Positions 45,417-54,955 are shown, numbered from the stretch's first letter. The stretch is DNA of 64,000 bases from an uncultured Pseudomonadota bacterium (GCA_949290295.1 CASERH010000001.1:507-64506); one strand, 5' to 3'. Program-made: numbers and translations. Notes: a model not told the origin generated them from the sequence alone.

Positions 45417-46399
45417 TAATTTCCTTTTTTCTTTAAGAAATTAACCTTTAACGCGGCCAAGGAAGAGGCTGATAAATCTTCAATCAAATCATAAAATTCT
45501 TCTCTTGCCTGCACTTTTTTAACCCATTGTTGCAAAGCCTCGTTTTGCATCCATTCCTGGTTTTTTGGCATCATCAGCAAAGAAGCTGCCTTAAAAAGCT
45601 CCCCGTCATCAACATATTGTTTGATGTTTTCAAGTTTCTTATCTGCAGAAAACTCCGGGGCATTTTCGTTGGTTTTCTTAATTTGCACAATTTCACTCAG
45701 CTTGGTGTTTAGACGCTCTTTCCAGGTCTTGTCAAAATCTGTTTTCTGTTGATCTAAAAGATTAGCATAAACCACATCAAAGTCTTTAACCAATTCTAAT
45801 TCTGAGGAGATACCCTCTTTGGCAAAAGGAACAAGGTTTTGCACTTCTGTAGCCATCTGCGGATTATCTGCGGCGATATTGCTTAAAACCTCAACTTCGT
45901 ATTCAAAATTTCCGCCCCGCTCAGCACTGTCTTTCACCAACAAAACACCGGTTAAAACCAAGGCGCTGTCATCGGTCACAGCGGTTAATTTATCAAGCTT
46001 TTGCTCAGCCTTATCCATTCTGGTAACCACACCCAAAACGGTAGCCGCATCAGCTTTAGAATCAATAACATTAAGATTCATCTTTTCGATTCCTTTGATT
46101 CTCTCATCAAACGCTGACAAGTCAGGCTCCTTGATTTGCGCCCTTGTAGCTGCCAACTGCTGTTGCAAAGATTGCATTTGCATGGTCAGAGCGTCAATTT
46201 GCTGCTGATAGACATCTACTTTTGGCTGGCGGGAAAACAAGCCCTTGGCCTCATCAATCAAAGTCGGATTCTTCCATATTCCATAAGCTGCCGCCGCCAA
46301 GATAAAGAGCACCAACAATTTAATCAGAGCCTTTTTAAAACTCCCGTGTTTTATTACTTTTTCTTCTTCAATCGGTGTTTCAGCTTGTTTTTTTACCAT
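45416..46399 (-). CDS. Mitofilin/Mic60-like membrane protein (alphaproteobacterial Mic60 homolog candidate)
   Basis: 327 aa. One N-terminal TM (LIKLLVLFILAAAAYGIW), a Gln-rich coiled coil (QQQIDALTMQMQSLQQQLAATRAQI), and the C-terminal segment YVDDGELFKAASLL...QQWVKKVQAREEFYDLIEDLSASSLAAL. This segment matches the mitofilin-domain pattern Y-L-x-x-G-D-L-x-x-A...D-W-L-x-x-A-R...L-x-A by eye. The gene is divergent from tsaD, the usual alphaproteobacterial neighbourhood. Confidence 0.6.
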   Translation of the reverse strand: MVKKQAETPIEEEKVIKHGSFKKALIKLLVLFILAAAAYGIWKNPTLIDEAKGLFSRQPKVDVYQQQIDALTMQMQSLQQQLAATRAQIKEPDLSAFDERIKGIEKMNLNVIDSKADAATVLGVVTRMDKAEQKLDKLTAVTDDSALVLTGVLLVKDSAERGGNFEYEVEVLSNIAADNPQMATEVQNLVPFAKEGISSELELVKDFDVVYANLLDQQKTDFDKTWKERLNTKLSEIVQIKKTNENAPEFSADKKLENIKQYVDDGELFKAASLLMMPKNQEWMQNEALQQWVKKVQAREEFYDLIEDLSASSLAALKVNFLKKKGN

Positions 46400-46519
46400 T
46401 TTGCCTATTCCCTCATACAGTAAATTCTTGGCTTTTATATTTTCCTAGTGTATATAATATAAAAAAAACTGCAATAAATACTTGCCTTTAATAAACATAA
46501 GGCCAAAGGGAACTTTTAG

Positions 46520-47596
46520 ATGATAGTTTTAGGAATAGAGAGCAGCTGCGATGAAACGGCCGCCGCCATTGTTAATGACCAGCGCCAGATATTGGGCGAA
46601 TGTGTTTTAACCCAACTGGAACATAAAGTCTATGGCGGAGTTGTACCTGAGATTGCCGCACGCTGCCACCTTGAACATATAGATGAGATTTTGGAAGAAA
46701 CTTTCAAACGCGCCAACCTCAAACCTCAAGATATAGACGCCATAGCGGCTTCCTCTGGCCCCGGGCTCATCGGCGGCGTGGTGGTTGGGGTTATGGCAGG
46801 CAAAGCCTTGGCTTTAGCCTTAAACAAACCGTTTATTGCCATCAACCACCTGGAAGGACACGCTTTGGCTGCCCGCCTCACCTCTGATGTCAAATATCCC
46901 TATTTGCTGCTGCTGGTCTCCGGCGGACACTGCCAAATACTGATTGTTAAAGGCGTCGGAGAATTTGAACGCTTAGGTACCACCATAGATGATGCGGCAG
47001 GCGAAGCTTTTGACAAAGTCGCCAAGATGCTCTCTTTGGGCTACCCCGGCGGCCCGATGATAGAAAAAATGGCCGCCCTGGGAGATGAAAACCGCTTTGT
47101 ACTGCCAAGACCTTTACAAAATTCTCATGACTGCAACTTGTCTTTCTCTGGCCTAAAGACAGCCGTACGCAAAATTATAGAATCTTATGCCCCTGATGAC
47201 AACATTGAGCATGCCATTTTGCGCAAACAAGACACTGCTGATATTTGCGCCTCTTTCCAAAAAGCGGCCACCGAGAGTTTGGTTTACAAGCTACAAAAAG
47301 CCATTGTTATTTTCAAAACCAAATATCCGCAAGGCAAAGATTTGGTTGTCTCAGGAGGGGTTGCTGCCAATACTTACCTAAGAAACCGCCTGCAGCAGCT
47401 GGCCGATACGGAAGGCCTCATCTTTTCCGCACCACCGATTCGCTTTTGTACCGACAATGGTGTTATGATTGCCTGGGCCGGCATGGAAAGAGCCTTAAAA
47501 GGGATGTATAACGGACTTGACTTCAAACCCCGCCCCAGATGGCCCCTGGATGCCGATGCGCCCAAAGCAGCCGGTGCTGGAGGAGTAAAAGCATGA
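46520..47596 (+). CDS. tsaD: tRNA N6-adenosine threonylcarbamoyltransferase TsaD (Gcp)
   Basis: 358 aa. LGIESSCDETAAA, HLEGH and VSGGVAAN motifs. Confidence 0.95.
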   Translation: MIVLGIESSCDETAAAIVNDQRQILGECVLTQLEHKVYGGVVPEIAARCHLEHIDEILEETFKRANLKPQDIDAIAASSGPGLIGGVVVGVMAGKALALALNKPFIAINHLEGHALAARLTSDVKYPYLLLLVSGGHCQILIVKGVGEFERLGTTIDDAAGEAFDKVAKMLSLGYPGGPMIEKMAALGDENRFVLPRPLQNSHDCNLSFSGLKTAVRKIIESYAPDDNIEHAILRKQDTADICASFQKAATESLVYKLQKAIVIFKTKYPQGKDLVVSGGVAANTYLRNRLQQLADTEGLIFSAPPIRFCTDNGVMIAWAGMERALKGMYNGLDFKPRPRWPLDADAPKAAGAGGVKA

Positions 47597-48225
47597 GACC
47601 CCTAAAAGAAATCTGCGAGATTTTAGACGTTTTTAAAGCTCAAGACCCTAATCCCAAAAGCGAGCTCAATTACCACAATGCCTATACCTTACTGGTGGCC
47701 ATTGTCTTATCAGCCCAAAGCACCGATAAGGGCGTCAACAAAGCAACCGAGCAGCTATTTAAAATTGCCGACACTCCGCAAAAAATGCTCAATTTAGGTA
47801 TAGATGAGCTAAAAAATCACATCAAAACAATTGGCCTATACAACAACAAAGCCAAAAACATCATGGCTTTAAGCCAACGGCTGGTAGATGAGGCCAACGG
47901 AGAAGTTCCCCAAAACAGAGATTTTTTGGAATCCCTGCCCGGTGTTGGCCGCAAGACCGCAAATGTTTTGCTCAATGTTTGGTGGGGTGAGCCAACCGTG
48001 GCAGTAGATACTCATGTTTTAAGACTGGCCAAAAGATTAGATTTAAGTAATGGCAACACACCGCTAAAGGTTGAAGCAGATTTAAACAAACTTCCTGACG
48101 AATACAAACGCCACCTCAACCACTGGCTGGTATTATTTGGCAGATATATTTGCAAAGCCCAGAAACCAGATTGCAAAAATTGCCCTATAACCAAGTTTTG
48201 CCACAGTCCCGATAAAAAGATTTAG
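47593..48225 (+). CDS. nth: Endonuclease III
   Basis: Start placed at ATG 47593, overlapping the tsaD stop (ATGA), giving 210 aa. HhH-GPD region LPGVGRKTANVLL, catalytic VDTHV, and C-terminal [4Fe-4S] cysteines CKAQKPDCKNCPITKFC. Confidence 0.92.
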   Translation: MRPLKEICEILDVFKAQDPNPKSELNYHNAYTLLVAIVLSAQSTDKGVNKATEQLFKIADTPQKMLNLGIDELKNHIKTIGLYNNKAKNIMALSQRLVDEANGEVPQNRDFLESLPGVGRKTANVLLNVWWGEPTVAVDTHVLRLAKRLDLSNGNTPLKVEADLNKLPDEYKRHLNHWLVLFGRYICKAQKPDCKNCPITKFCHSPDKKI

Positions 48226-48836
48226 ATATACTTAATGGCTACAAATCCGCCAATCAACAGAACCAAAAACAGAACCGAAAGCATTCCGAGGTTTTTCTCG
48301 ATAAACTCTTTCATCGGCTCGCCATATTTTTTAAGCAACCATGCCACCAGATAAAATCTCATACCTCTGGCAATCACCGAAGCAATGGTAAAAGTGATTA
48401 AATCCAAGTGAACAACTCCACTGGCAATGGTAATAACCTTGTAAGGAAACGGGGTAATACCGGCACCAAAAACAATCCAAGCGCCCCACTCGTGGTAGTA
48501 ATCTTTAAAGATATCAAACTGCTGCATATAGCCATAAAAATTTAAAATCGGCTTAGCTATCAAATCGAAGAAAAATATGCCGATACTATAGCCGAAACAC
48601 CCTCCCACAACACTGGCTACGGTTGCCACACCGGCGATTCTCCAAGCCTTCTGCGGCATAGCCAACACCATAGGGATAAGCATAATATCAGGCGGAATAG
48701 GAAAAAACGAGCTTTCAGCAAACGCAACAATCGCCAGAAACACCAGAGCGTTTGGGCGCGAGGCCAAATCAAGCATCCAATCATAAGTTGCTCTCACCAA
48801 ACGATGAAAAGATTGTCTAAGATAGCTAATTCCCAT
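48222..48836 (-). CDS. DedA/SNARE-associated family membrane protein
   Basis: 204 aa. ESSFFPIPPD motif and 4-5 TM segments. The stop overlaps the nth stop (convergent, 4 nt). Confidence 0.8.
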   Translation of the reverse strand: MGISYLRQSFHRLVRATYDWMLDLASRPNALVFLAIVAFAESSFFPIPPDIMLIPMVLAMPQKAWRIAGVATVASVVGGCFGYSIGIFFFDLIAKPILNFYGYMQQFDIFKDYYHEWGAWIVFGAGITPFPYKVITIASGVVHLDLITFTIASVIARGMRFYLVAWLLKKYGEPMKEFIEKNLGMLSVLFLVLLIGGFVAIKYI

Positions 48837-48922
48837 AACTTATTCCTCTAAAAAATTTACACTTATCCGTAAAGATAAAGGATTATTTAGTTTGCGCAAC
48901 AAAATTTTTGTTTTAATCATCA

Positions 48923-49813
48923 TCAAGAATGATGACAATGTCCGCAATGACAATGATGCCCATGAGAATTTTGCTGTTTTAAGGCTGCCTCATAAGTATT
49001 TTCCAAAAGCATAGCCACCGTCATCGGCCCTACTCCACCGGGAACAGGGGTAATGAAAGACGCCTTTTCTTTTGCATCTTCAAAATCGACATCACCGCAG
49101 AGTTTTCCCTCTACGCGGTTGATACCCACATCTATTACCACCGCACCTTCTTTGAGCCAATCTTTTTTAACCAATTTTGGACATCCGCAAGCGGCCACCA
49201 CAATATCTGCCTGCCGAACAATGCTTGGCAAATCAACGGTTTTTGAATGAGTAACCGTGACCGTGCAATCATGATTAAGCAGCACCATAGCAGCAGGACG
49301 CCCGACAATATTGGAACGCCCTATAATGACGGCATGTTTTCCGCACAAATCAATTCCTGTCGTTTGCAACAACTTTAAAATTCCTTTTGGCGTGGCAGAA
49401 ACCACCGCCTCTGGCTCTTTACATGCCAACAATCCAGCGTTATACGGATTAAAGCCATCGACATCTTTTTCTGGCCGAATGGCTGATAGAATTTTCAAAG
49501 GATTAATATGCTCCGGCAACGGCAGCTGAACAATTATTCCGTTAACATGCGGATTCTCGTTCAACTCCTCAATAGTTGCCAAAAGAGCGTTTTCTCCAAT
49601 GCCCTCATTCATTTCCAACACTTCACAACCGATTCCAACTTCCGCGGCGGCCTTTTTCTTATTGCGCACGTAGATTCGGCTGGCTTCATTATCACCCACT
49701 AACACAACTGCCAACACCGGCATAACCTCACCCGGCAGCTGTTCAACCTTTTTAGCCAAATCGGCTCTGATTTTGGAGGCTATTTTTTTTCCGTCAATTA
49801 TTTGTGCTGTCAC
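48923..49813 (-). CDS. folD: Bifunctional methylenetetrahydrofolate dehydrogenase/cyclohydrolase FolD with a C-terminal His/Cys-rich extension
   Basis: 296 aa. Typical FolD core (IIDGKKIA...YVRNKKKA...GRSNIVGRP...TPVPGGVGPMT), followed by the tail QQNSHGHHCHCGHCHHS. Confidence 0.93.
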   Translation of the reverse strand: MTAQIIDGKKIASKIRADLAKKVEQLPGEVMPVLAVVLVGDNEASRIYVRNKKKAAAEVGIGCEVLEMNEGIGENALLATIEELNENPHVNGIIVQLPLPEHINPLKILSAIRPEKDVDGFNPYNAGLLACKEPEAVVSATPKGILKLLQTTGIDLCGKHAVIIGRSNIVGRPAAMVLLNHDCTVTVTHSKTVDLPSIVRQADIVVAACGCPKLVKKDWLKEGAVVIDVGINRVEGKLCGDVDFEDAKEKASFITPVPGGVGPMTVAMLLENTYEAALKQQNSHGHHCHCGHCHHS

Positions 49814-50116
49814 CTATTTTATCTCCTCTGCCAAAACTTGTATTTGTTCTTTATCCGCCTGCACCAAAATTTTCTTATATCTATCAAGTTCTCCGCTAAT
49901 GATTTGCAAATCAGACTTTGAAATTTTCAACTTAGCTGCTAAAAATTTGATCAACTCCTGATTGGCTTTTCCCTTTTCCGGCACGCTGATGACATTAATT
50001 TTGAGCCATTCATCGCCGTTTGGATCAACAAAAACACCATTAATTCTACAAGAAGAAGAGTTAGGTGTTAGCCTAACTCTTAAAATTATGCCCTTTTGAT
50101 TTTCCTCAAAAAACAA
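49814..50116 (-). CDS. yggU: DUF167 (YggU-family) protein
   Basis: 100 aa. LRVRLTPNSS...EKGKANQELIKFLAKKL-type pattern. Located downstream of yggT, the conserved pairing. Confidence 0.8.
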   Translation of the reverse strand: MFFEENQKGIILRVRLTPNSSSCRINGVFVDPNGDEWLKINVISVPEKGKANQELIKFLAAKLKISKSDLQIISGELDRYKKILVQADKEQIQVLAEEIK

Positions 50117-50122
50117 CAGATA

Positions 50123-50422
50123 CTACACCAACAAAGCGCTCAGACGCAAGATCAAGCGGCTGACAAAGATTAAAGCCAACAACAAGATAAACGGAGAGAA
50201 ATCAAACCCGGCAATGGCAGGAATTTTCTCACCGATTTTTTTATAAACCGGCACTGTCAGCTTGTCCAAAACCTCAACGGTTTTTTGCGCATACTTATTG
50301 GAAGGCTCTAAGATTTTGAAATGAATCAACCAATACAAGACGACTTGAACGACCACAATTTTGAAATAAATATCTACAATCAGGCCGATAACATACAAAA
50401 ACGGTTCAAAAATTGCACCCAT
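50123..50422 (-). CDS. yggT: YggT-family membrane protein
   Basis: 99 aa with two hydrophobic segments and the DFSPFILLLAL motif region typical of YGGT. Confidence 0.8.
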   Translation of the reverse strand: MGAIFEPFLYVIGLIVDIYFKIVVVQVVLYWLIHFKILEPSNKYAQKTVEVLDKLTVPVYKKIGEKIPAIAGFDFSPFILLLALIFVSRLILRLSALLV

Positions 50423-50494
50423 TCAAATTCTCCTAAAATTTCATACTAATGTTTTTGATAATCCAGACACCTTCTGCTGTCAACCATAAATTAG

Positions 50495-51505
50495 CTAGGC
50501 AGACCGAGAGTATTCTCTTTCCAACTGATTATAGCGACTAAGGCTAAAGCTCTTAGCACGTCTGACCATTTGTCTTTTTGCATCCAAATCTTGCTGCTCG
50601 GCAGACTTACCCATTCTAAGCCCTTCAATAAACTTTCTGCGATTTTTCAGCAAAATCTCTTGTTTTCTAAACACATCCTCTCTTGAATAAGTAACCGGCC
50701 GATAAGAAGTCATCACTCCTTCCACCGCGCTGTCAAACTCGTTTCCGATTTCTTGATTTTGAACATAGCGTCCGAGAGCCTGTTCCTCAGCAGAGGCCAA
50801 AGCAATACCCCCCAAAACCATCCCTGCAGCTTGAGCCATCTCTTTTTCGGCTCGTTCTTGCTCATCAGACTTGTTCTTGGTTGCCTGAGTTCTATCCCTT
50901 AGCCGACGTAATTCAGAGAGTTTAAACTGCAGAAAACTAAGTTTATTCTTAGCCATTTCCTTATAGTAACCAGTACCGCCTCTCTCGGCCGTTGCATAAA
51001 GAGAAATAATCAACTTCAGTTCCGTTTCTCTGTCATCCAAGAAACCAATAAAAGAGTTGCGGGCCTTAATTTCGTCTTCCGTTGTTCCGTTAGTATTAAT
51101 ATCAATCTCAATCTGGCGCTGAGCCTCAATCCAATCATAGTACTCAGCCTTTGGATCTTCTGAAGAATAAAGATGTTGCAAAGATTCGGCCAAGACATAG
51201 CTCAAATCCGAAACCGGCACCTCTTTGCCATCAAAAGTTGGCGTCTTCATCGGCACACCTTTAGTTTGGTTTTCCAGGACCTGCAAAGACAGTTTTTTGA
51301 TAAGAGGCTTTTGCTGCCGGCGCATTTCTGCCACCATAGCCTCGGCTCTGGCCTTTTGCTCCAGCGGAACATCTGAAGAAAGTTGCATTCCCTGGTTGCG
51401 TGATTTTTCATATTCATTTTGAGATTTTTCCATTCTCTCAAAACTATTTAGCTCCACCCCAATCAGCGGCTCAAAATAAGCATCATATTCATTTCTTGTC
51501 GGCAT
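50495..51505 (-). CDS. Hypothetical highly charged (E/K/R/Q-rich) protein with a short Gly/Ala hydrophobic segment
   Basis: 336 aa. Good SD (GGGAGG) before the ATG. No signal peptide and no recognised domain. Internal AAGMVLGGIALASA segment. Begins 20 nt after the TerB-like gene. Confidence 0.5.
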   Translation of the reverse strand: MPTRNEYDAYFEPLIGVELNSFERMEKSQNEYEKSRNQGMQLSSDVPLEQKARAEAMVAEMRRQQKPLIKKLSLQVLENQTKGVPMKTPTFDGKEVPVSDLSYVLAESLQHLYSSEDPKAEYYDWIEAQRQIEIDINTNGTTEDEIKARNSFIGFLDDRETELKLIISLYATAERGGTGYYKEMAKNKLSFLQFKLSELRRLRDRTQATKNKSDEQERAEKEMAQAAGMVLGGIALASAEEQALGRYVQNQEIGNEFDSAVEGVMTSYRPVTYSREDVFRKQEILLKNRRKFIEGLRMGKSAEQQDLDAKRQMVRRAKSFSLSRYNQLEREYSRSA

Positions 51506-51525
51506 TTTTGCCTCCCTTTGCTTTC

Positions 51526-51972
51526 TTAAACTTTCTCAAAAATAATTTTGCCTTCCTCAAGCCAAACGATTCTGTCAATCACCCACTGGCCGATTTGCTC
51601 AATTTTCTCAAGCTCCAAGCCCATGGCTTTTCCGACCCGACCGATAAGCAAGGTTTCTCTGTCCGAAAGGTCTCCGTCAGAATTAGCCAACATGCACATT
51701 TCTTTAACGAGTTCCATAGCCGTGCGACGATTTTTAATTTTCTTTGCCTCCTCGACAACATCGTCATCACTGGCTTTTGATCGAACTTCACTTTCCCGAG
51801 ATTGCGGAATTTCAAAAGCCTTCATCAACTCAGCAATAAAAGCCTTTTCACCTTCGTCTACGCTTCCATCAGCTTTGGCCAACCGCACCAAAACCTTAAG
51901 AAATGTCACACGGTCATCTTCGCTCATTTCAGATAAATAGCTCATATCATTCTCCATATTTAATCCAGACAT
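51526..51972 (-). CDS. TerB-like (tellurite-resistance TerB / DjlA N-terminal fold) domain protein
   Basis: Start placed at ATG 51972 (GAGGA 6 nt upstream), giving 148 aa. There are two ADG/SDG-x-x-x-x-E repeats (LAKADGSVDEGEKAFI and LANSDGDLSDRETLLI), characteristic of the TerB fold. Confidence 0.6.
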   Translation of the reverse strand: MSGLNMENDMSYLSEMSEDDRVTFLKVLVRLAKADGSVDEGEKAFIAELMKAFEIPQSRESEVRSKASDDDVVEEAKKIKNRRTAMELVKEMCMLANSDGDLSDRETLLIGRVGKAMGLELEKIEQIGQWVIDRIVWLEEGKIIFEKV

Positions 51973-52094
51973 TGACGGTCCTCTCATTAAAATGACAACT
52001 CTGGCTGTATCTTAACAAATTTTCAAAAAAAAACAATCAAAAAGGAAAATCCCAAAACAAATAAAAATTGTTGAAATTAGAGAAGGGATAACGT

Positions 52095-53465
52095 ATGCTG
52101 AAAGGTAAACAAATAAGTAATGAGAAAACATTGAAACAATACTACATAAAAACTTTCGGCTGCCAAATGAATGTATACGATTCGCATCGTATCGCGGCCA
52201 TTCTGGAAACCCTTGGGTTTAGCCCCGCCACATCAGTAAAAAACGCAGATCTGGTTATTTTCAACACCTGCCATATCAGAGAAAAAGCGGCAGAAAAAGT
52301 TTTTTCTGACCTCGGGCGATTAAATTTGATAAAAGAAGAAAGAGCCCAAGAGGGCCAGGACACCATCATCGGCGTTGTCGGCTGTGTGGTTCAGGCAGAA
52401 GATGAACAAATCGCCAAACGTGCTCCTTTTGTGGATTTTGCTCTTGGCCCCTTGACCTATCACCGCCTGCCTCAGGTACTGGCTCAAATCTCCAAAAAGC
52501 GTGGGATTCCGGTGATAGATACCGAGTTTCCGGCTGAGTCAAAGTTTGACTTTTTGCCTGAAAACACCTCTATGGGCGGCTGCTCATTTTTAGCCATTCA
52601 AGAAGGCTGCAACAATTTCTGCACCTATTGCGTTGTACCTTATACCAGAGGAATAGAAACCTCCCGTCCGGTAGAAGACATTATCAAAGAAGCAAAAAAG
52701 TTGGTTGCCGAAGGCTCTGTTGAAATAAATCTTTTGGGCCAAAACGTGAATTCCTACCATGGAGAAGACAAAAACGGCAAAGAGTGGAATCTGGCATATT
52801 TGCTGAGAAGATTAAATGAGATTGAGGGCTTGGAAAGGCTCCGCTACACCACATCTTATCCGGCTGATGTTGATGATGATCTCATTGCTTGCCACAGAGA
52901 TCTAAAGAAACTGATGCCCTATTTGCACCTTCCGGTTCAATCCGGCTCAGACAAAATTCTAAAAGCGATGAACCGGCGCCACACACGCGGCCAATACCTT
53001 GAGGTGGTTGAAAAGCTCAAAGAGGCCAACCCGGAGCTTGGTTTTTCATCAGACTTTATTGTCGGCTTTCCCGGAGAAACGGACAAAGATTTTGAACAAA
53101 CGTTGCAGTTGGTCCGCCAAGTTGGCTTTATTCAGGCTTTCTCGTTTAAATATTCTCGCCGCGCAGGTACTCCGGCAGCCCTAATGCCTAATCAAGTAGA
53201 AGAAAAGATAAAAAAAGAGCGCTTAAGCATCTTGCAAGACCTCTTATTTTCATATCAGTTAAAGTTTAATAAAGAAAGTGTTGGTAAAATCATGCCGGTT
53301 TTGTTTGATATCAAAGGCCGCCACAAAGGAGAGCTTATTGGCAGAACCCCTTGGATGCAAAATGTCCATGCCGAGCTTGGCAAAGAATATTGCAATAAAA
53401 TTGTTAATATAAAAATGATAGATGCAACCGTTAACTCATTGTCTGGTGTAAAGGAAGGAAAATAG
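52095..53465 (+). CDS. miaB: tRNA-2-methylthio-N6-dimethylallyladenosine synthase MiaB
   Basis: 456 aa. N-terminal UPF0004 cysteines (TFGCQMN), radical-SAM CNNFCTYC, and a C-terminal TRAM domain. Confidence 0.95.
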   Translation: MLKGKQISNEKTLKQYYIKTFGCQMNVYDSHRIAAILETLGFSPATSVKNADLVIFNTCHIREKAAEKVFSDLGRLNLIKEERAQEGQDTIIGVVGCVVQAEDEQIAKRAPFVDFALGPLTYHRLPQVLAQISKKRGIPVIDTEFPAESKFDFLPENTSMGGCSFLAIQEGCNNFCTYCVVPYTRGIETSRPVEDIIKEAKKLVAEGSVEINLLGQNVNSYHGEDKNGKEWNLAYLLRRLNEIEGLERLRYTTSYPADVDDDLIACHRDLKKLMPYLHLPVQSGSDKILKAMNRRHTRGQYLEVVEKLKEANPELGFSSDFIVGFPGETDKDFEQTLQLVRQVGFIQAFSFKYSRRAGTPAALMPNQVEEKIKKERLSILQDLLFSYQLKFNKESVGKIMPVLFDIKGRHKGELIGRTPWMQNVHAELGKEYCNKIVNIKMIDATVNSLSGVKEGK

Positions 53466-53467
53466 CC

Positions 53468-54433
53468 ATGGCAGAAATAAATTTTGAACTCTTCAACAAT
53501 AATCTTGTTCAGCAGCTTGTCGGCCCGCAAGACGGCAACTTGCGTTTAATAGAAAAGATTTTGGGAGTAGAAATCGGCTCCTTTGGCAACCAGATGAACA
53601 TCAAAGGCTCAGCCGAGGCAATAGAGCAAGCCAAAACAGCCATAGACGTTTTATACAACAAGGTCAGCAAAGGTATTGCCATCAATGAGGAAGAGGTCAA
53701 AGCCGCCATCCGTATTTCCGGCGGCAACACCGATTCTGCCACCGCTCAAGACTTGAGCAATATCGTCCTAAAAACCAAAAAACGCCATATTTACCCGCGC
53801 TCTGCTACCCAAGCGCTATATATCCAGGAGATGATGAAAAACGAGCTCGTTTTCGGCCTTGGCCCTGCCGGTACCGGTAAGACCTATTTGGCAGTTGCCT
53901 TGGCGGTATCAATGATGTTGGAAGGCCGCATAGACAAGATTATTCTTTCTCGTCCGGCGGTTGAAGCAGGAGAAAACTTAGGATTCCTGCCCGGCGACTT
54001 AAAAGAAAAAGTAGACCCCTATTTGCGCCCGTTGTATGATGCTTTATATGAGATGTTGCCGGCAGAGCAAGTGGATAAGAAAATTGCATTAGGTGAGATA
54101 GAAATTGCGCCTCTGGCTTTCATGCGCGGCCGCACCCTTTCCAATGCTTTTGTCATTTTGGATGAAGCCCAAAACACCACCCCGATGCAAATGAAGATGT
54201 TTTTAACCCGTTTGGGCGAAAATTCCCGCATGGTTGTCAACGGTGACTTGAGCCAAGTAGATTTGCCCCGCGGCACCATCTCAGGCTTAAGAGATGCCTT
54301 GAGTATTTTGCAGGGCGTGCCCAACATCGGCTCGGTCCGTTTCAGTGCCGCAGATGTTGTCCGTCACGGCTTGGTAGCTAAAATCGTAAAAGCCTACGAA
54401 GAACGAAGCAAGAAAGAATACGGAGATGAATAA
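53468..54433 (+). CDS. phoH: PhoH-family ATPase (PhoH-like/YbeZ)
   Basis: 321 aa. Walker A GPAGTGKT and the ILDEAQN Walker B region. Confidence 0.92.
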   Translation: MAEINFELFNNNLVQQLVGPQDGNLRLIEKILGVEIGSFGNQMNIKGSAEAIEQAKTAIDVLYNKVSKGIAINEEEVKAAIRISGGNTDSATAQDLSNIVLKTKKRHIYPRSATQALYIQEMMKNELVFGLGPAGTGKTYLAVALAVSMMLEGRIDKIILSRPAVEAGENLGFLPGDLKEKVDPYLRPLYDALYEMLPAEQVDKKIALGEIEIAPLAFMRGRTLSNAFVILDEAQNTTPMQMKMFLTRLGENSRMVVNGDLSQVDLPRGTISGLRDALSILQGVPNIGSVRFSAADVVRHGLVAKIVKAYEERSKKEYGDE

Positions 54434-54947
54434 ACCGGAATTAAACATCGTCATAAACGATTCGAGATGGGAAGACAAACTTGCCACCATTGATGATTTG
54501 TGTCGCCATATTTTTACAACAACTTTTGCCTTCATGGCCAAAGAAGAACCCTCTGAGTTGTTCACCACAAAAGCAGCTTTGAATGTAAACCTTTCTTTAA
54601 GCAATGATGAAGAAGTACACCGCCTAAACAAAGAATTCAGAAACATGGACAAACCAACCAATGTTTTATCCTTTGCCAATGTTGATGACCCTGGTTTTGA
54701 AGAAGAGCTCGCAAATGCCGATGACTTTTTAGAATTAGGAGACATTATTATTGCTCTAGAAACTCTGGAAAGAGAAGCTCAAGAGCAAAGCATTTCTTTG
54801 CAAGATCACCTAAGCCATCTTCTGGTGCACGGTCTCTTGCATCTTTTGGGCTATGACCACCAAGAAGATGAAGAGGCTGAGCACATGGAAAGCCTTGAAA
54901 TAAAAATTTTGCAGCACCTAAACATCAAAAATCCTTATGAGGAGTAA
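54426..54947 (+). CDS. ybeY: rRNA maturation endoribonuclease YbeY
   Basis: 173 aa. HLLVHGLLHLLGYDH zinc-binding motif. Confidence 0.93.
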   Translation: MNKPELNIVINDSRWEDKLATIDDLCRHIFTTTFAFMAKEEPSELFTTKAALNVNLSLSNDEEVHRLNKEFRNMDKPTNVLSFANVDDPGFEEELANADDFLELGDIIIALETLEREAQEQSISLQDHLSHLLVHGLLHLLGYDHQEDEEAEHMESLEIKILQHLNIKNPYEE

Positions 54948-54955
54948 AAACACAA

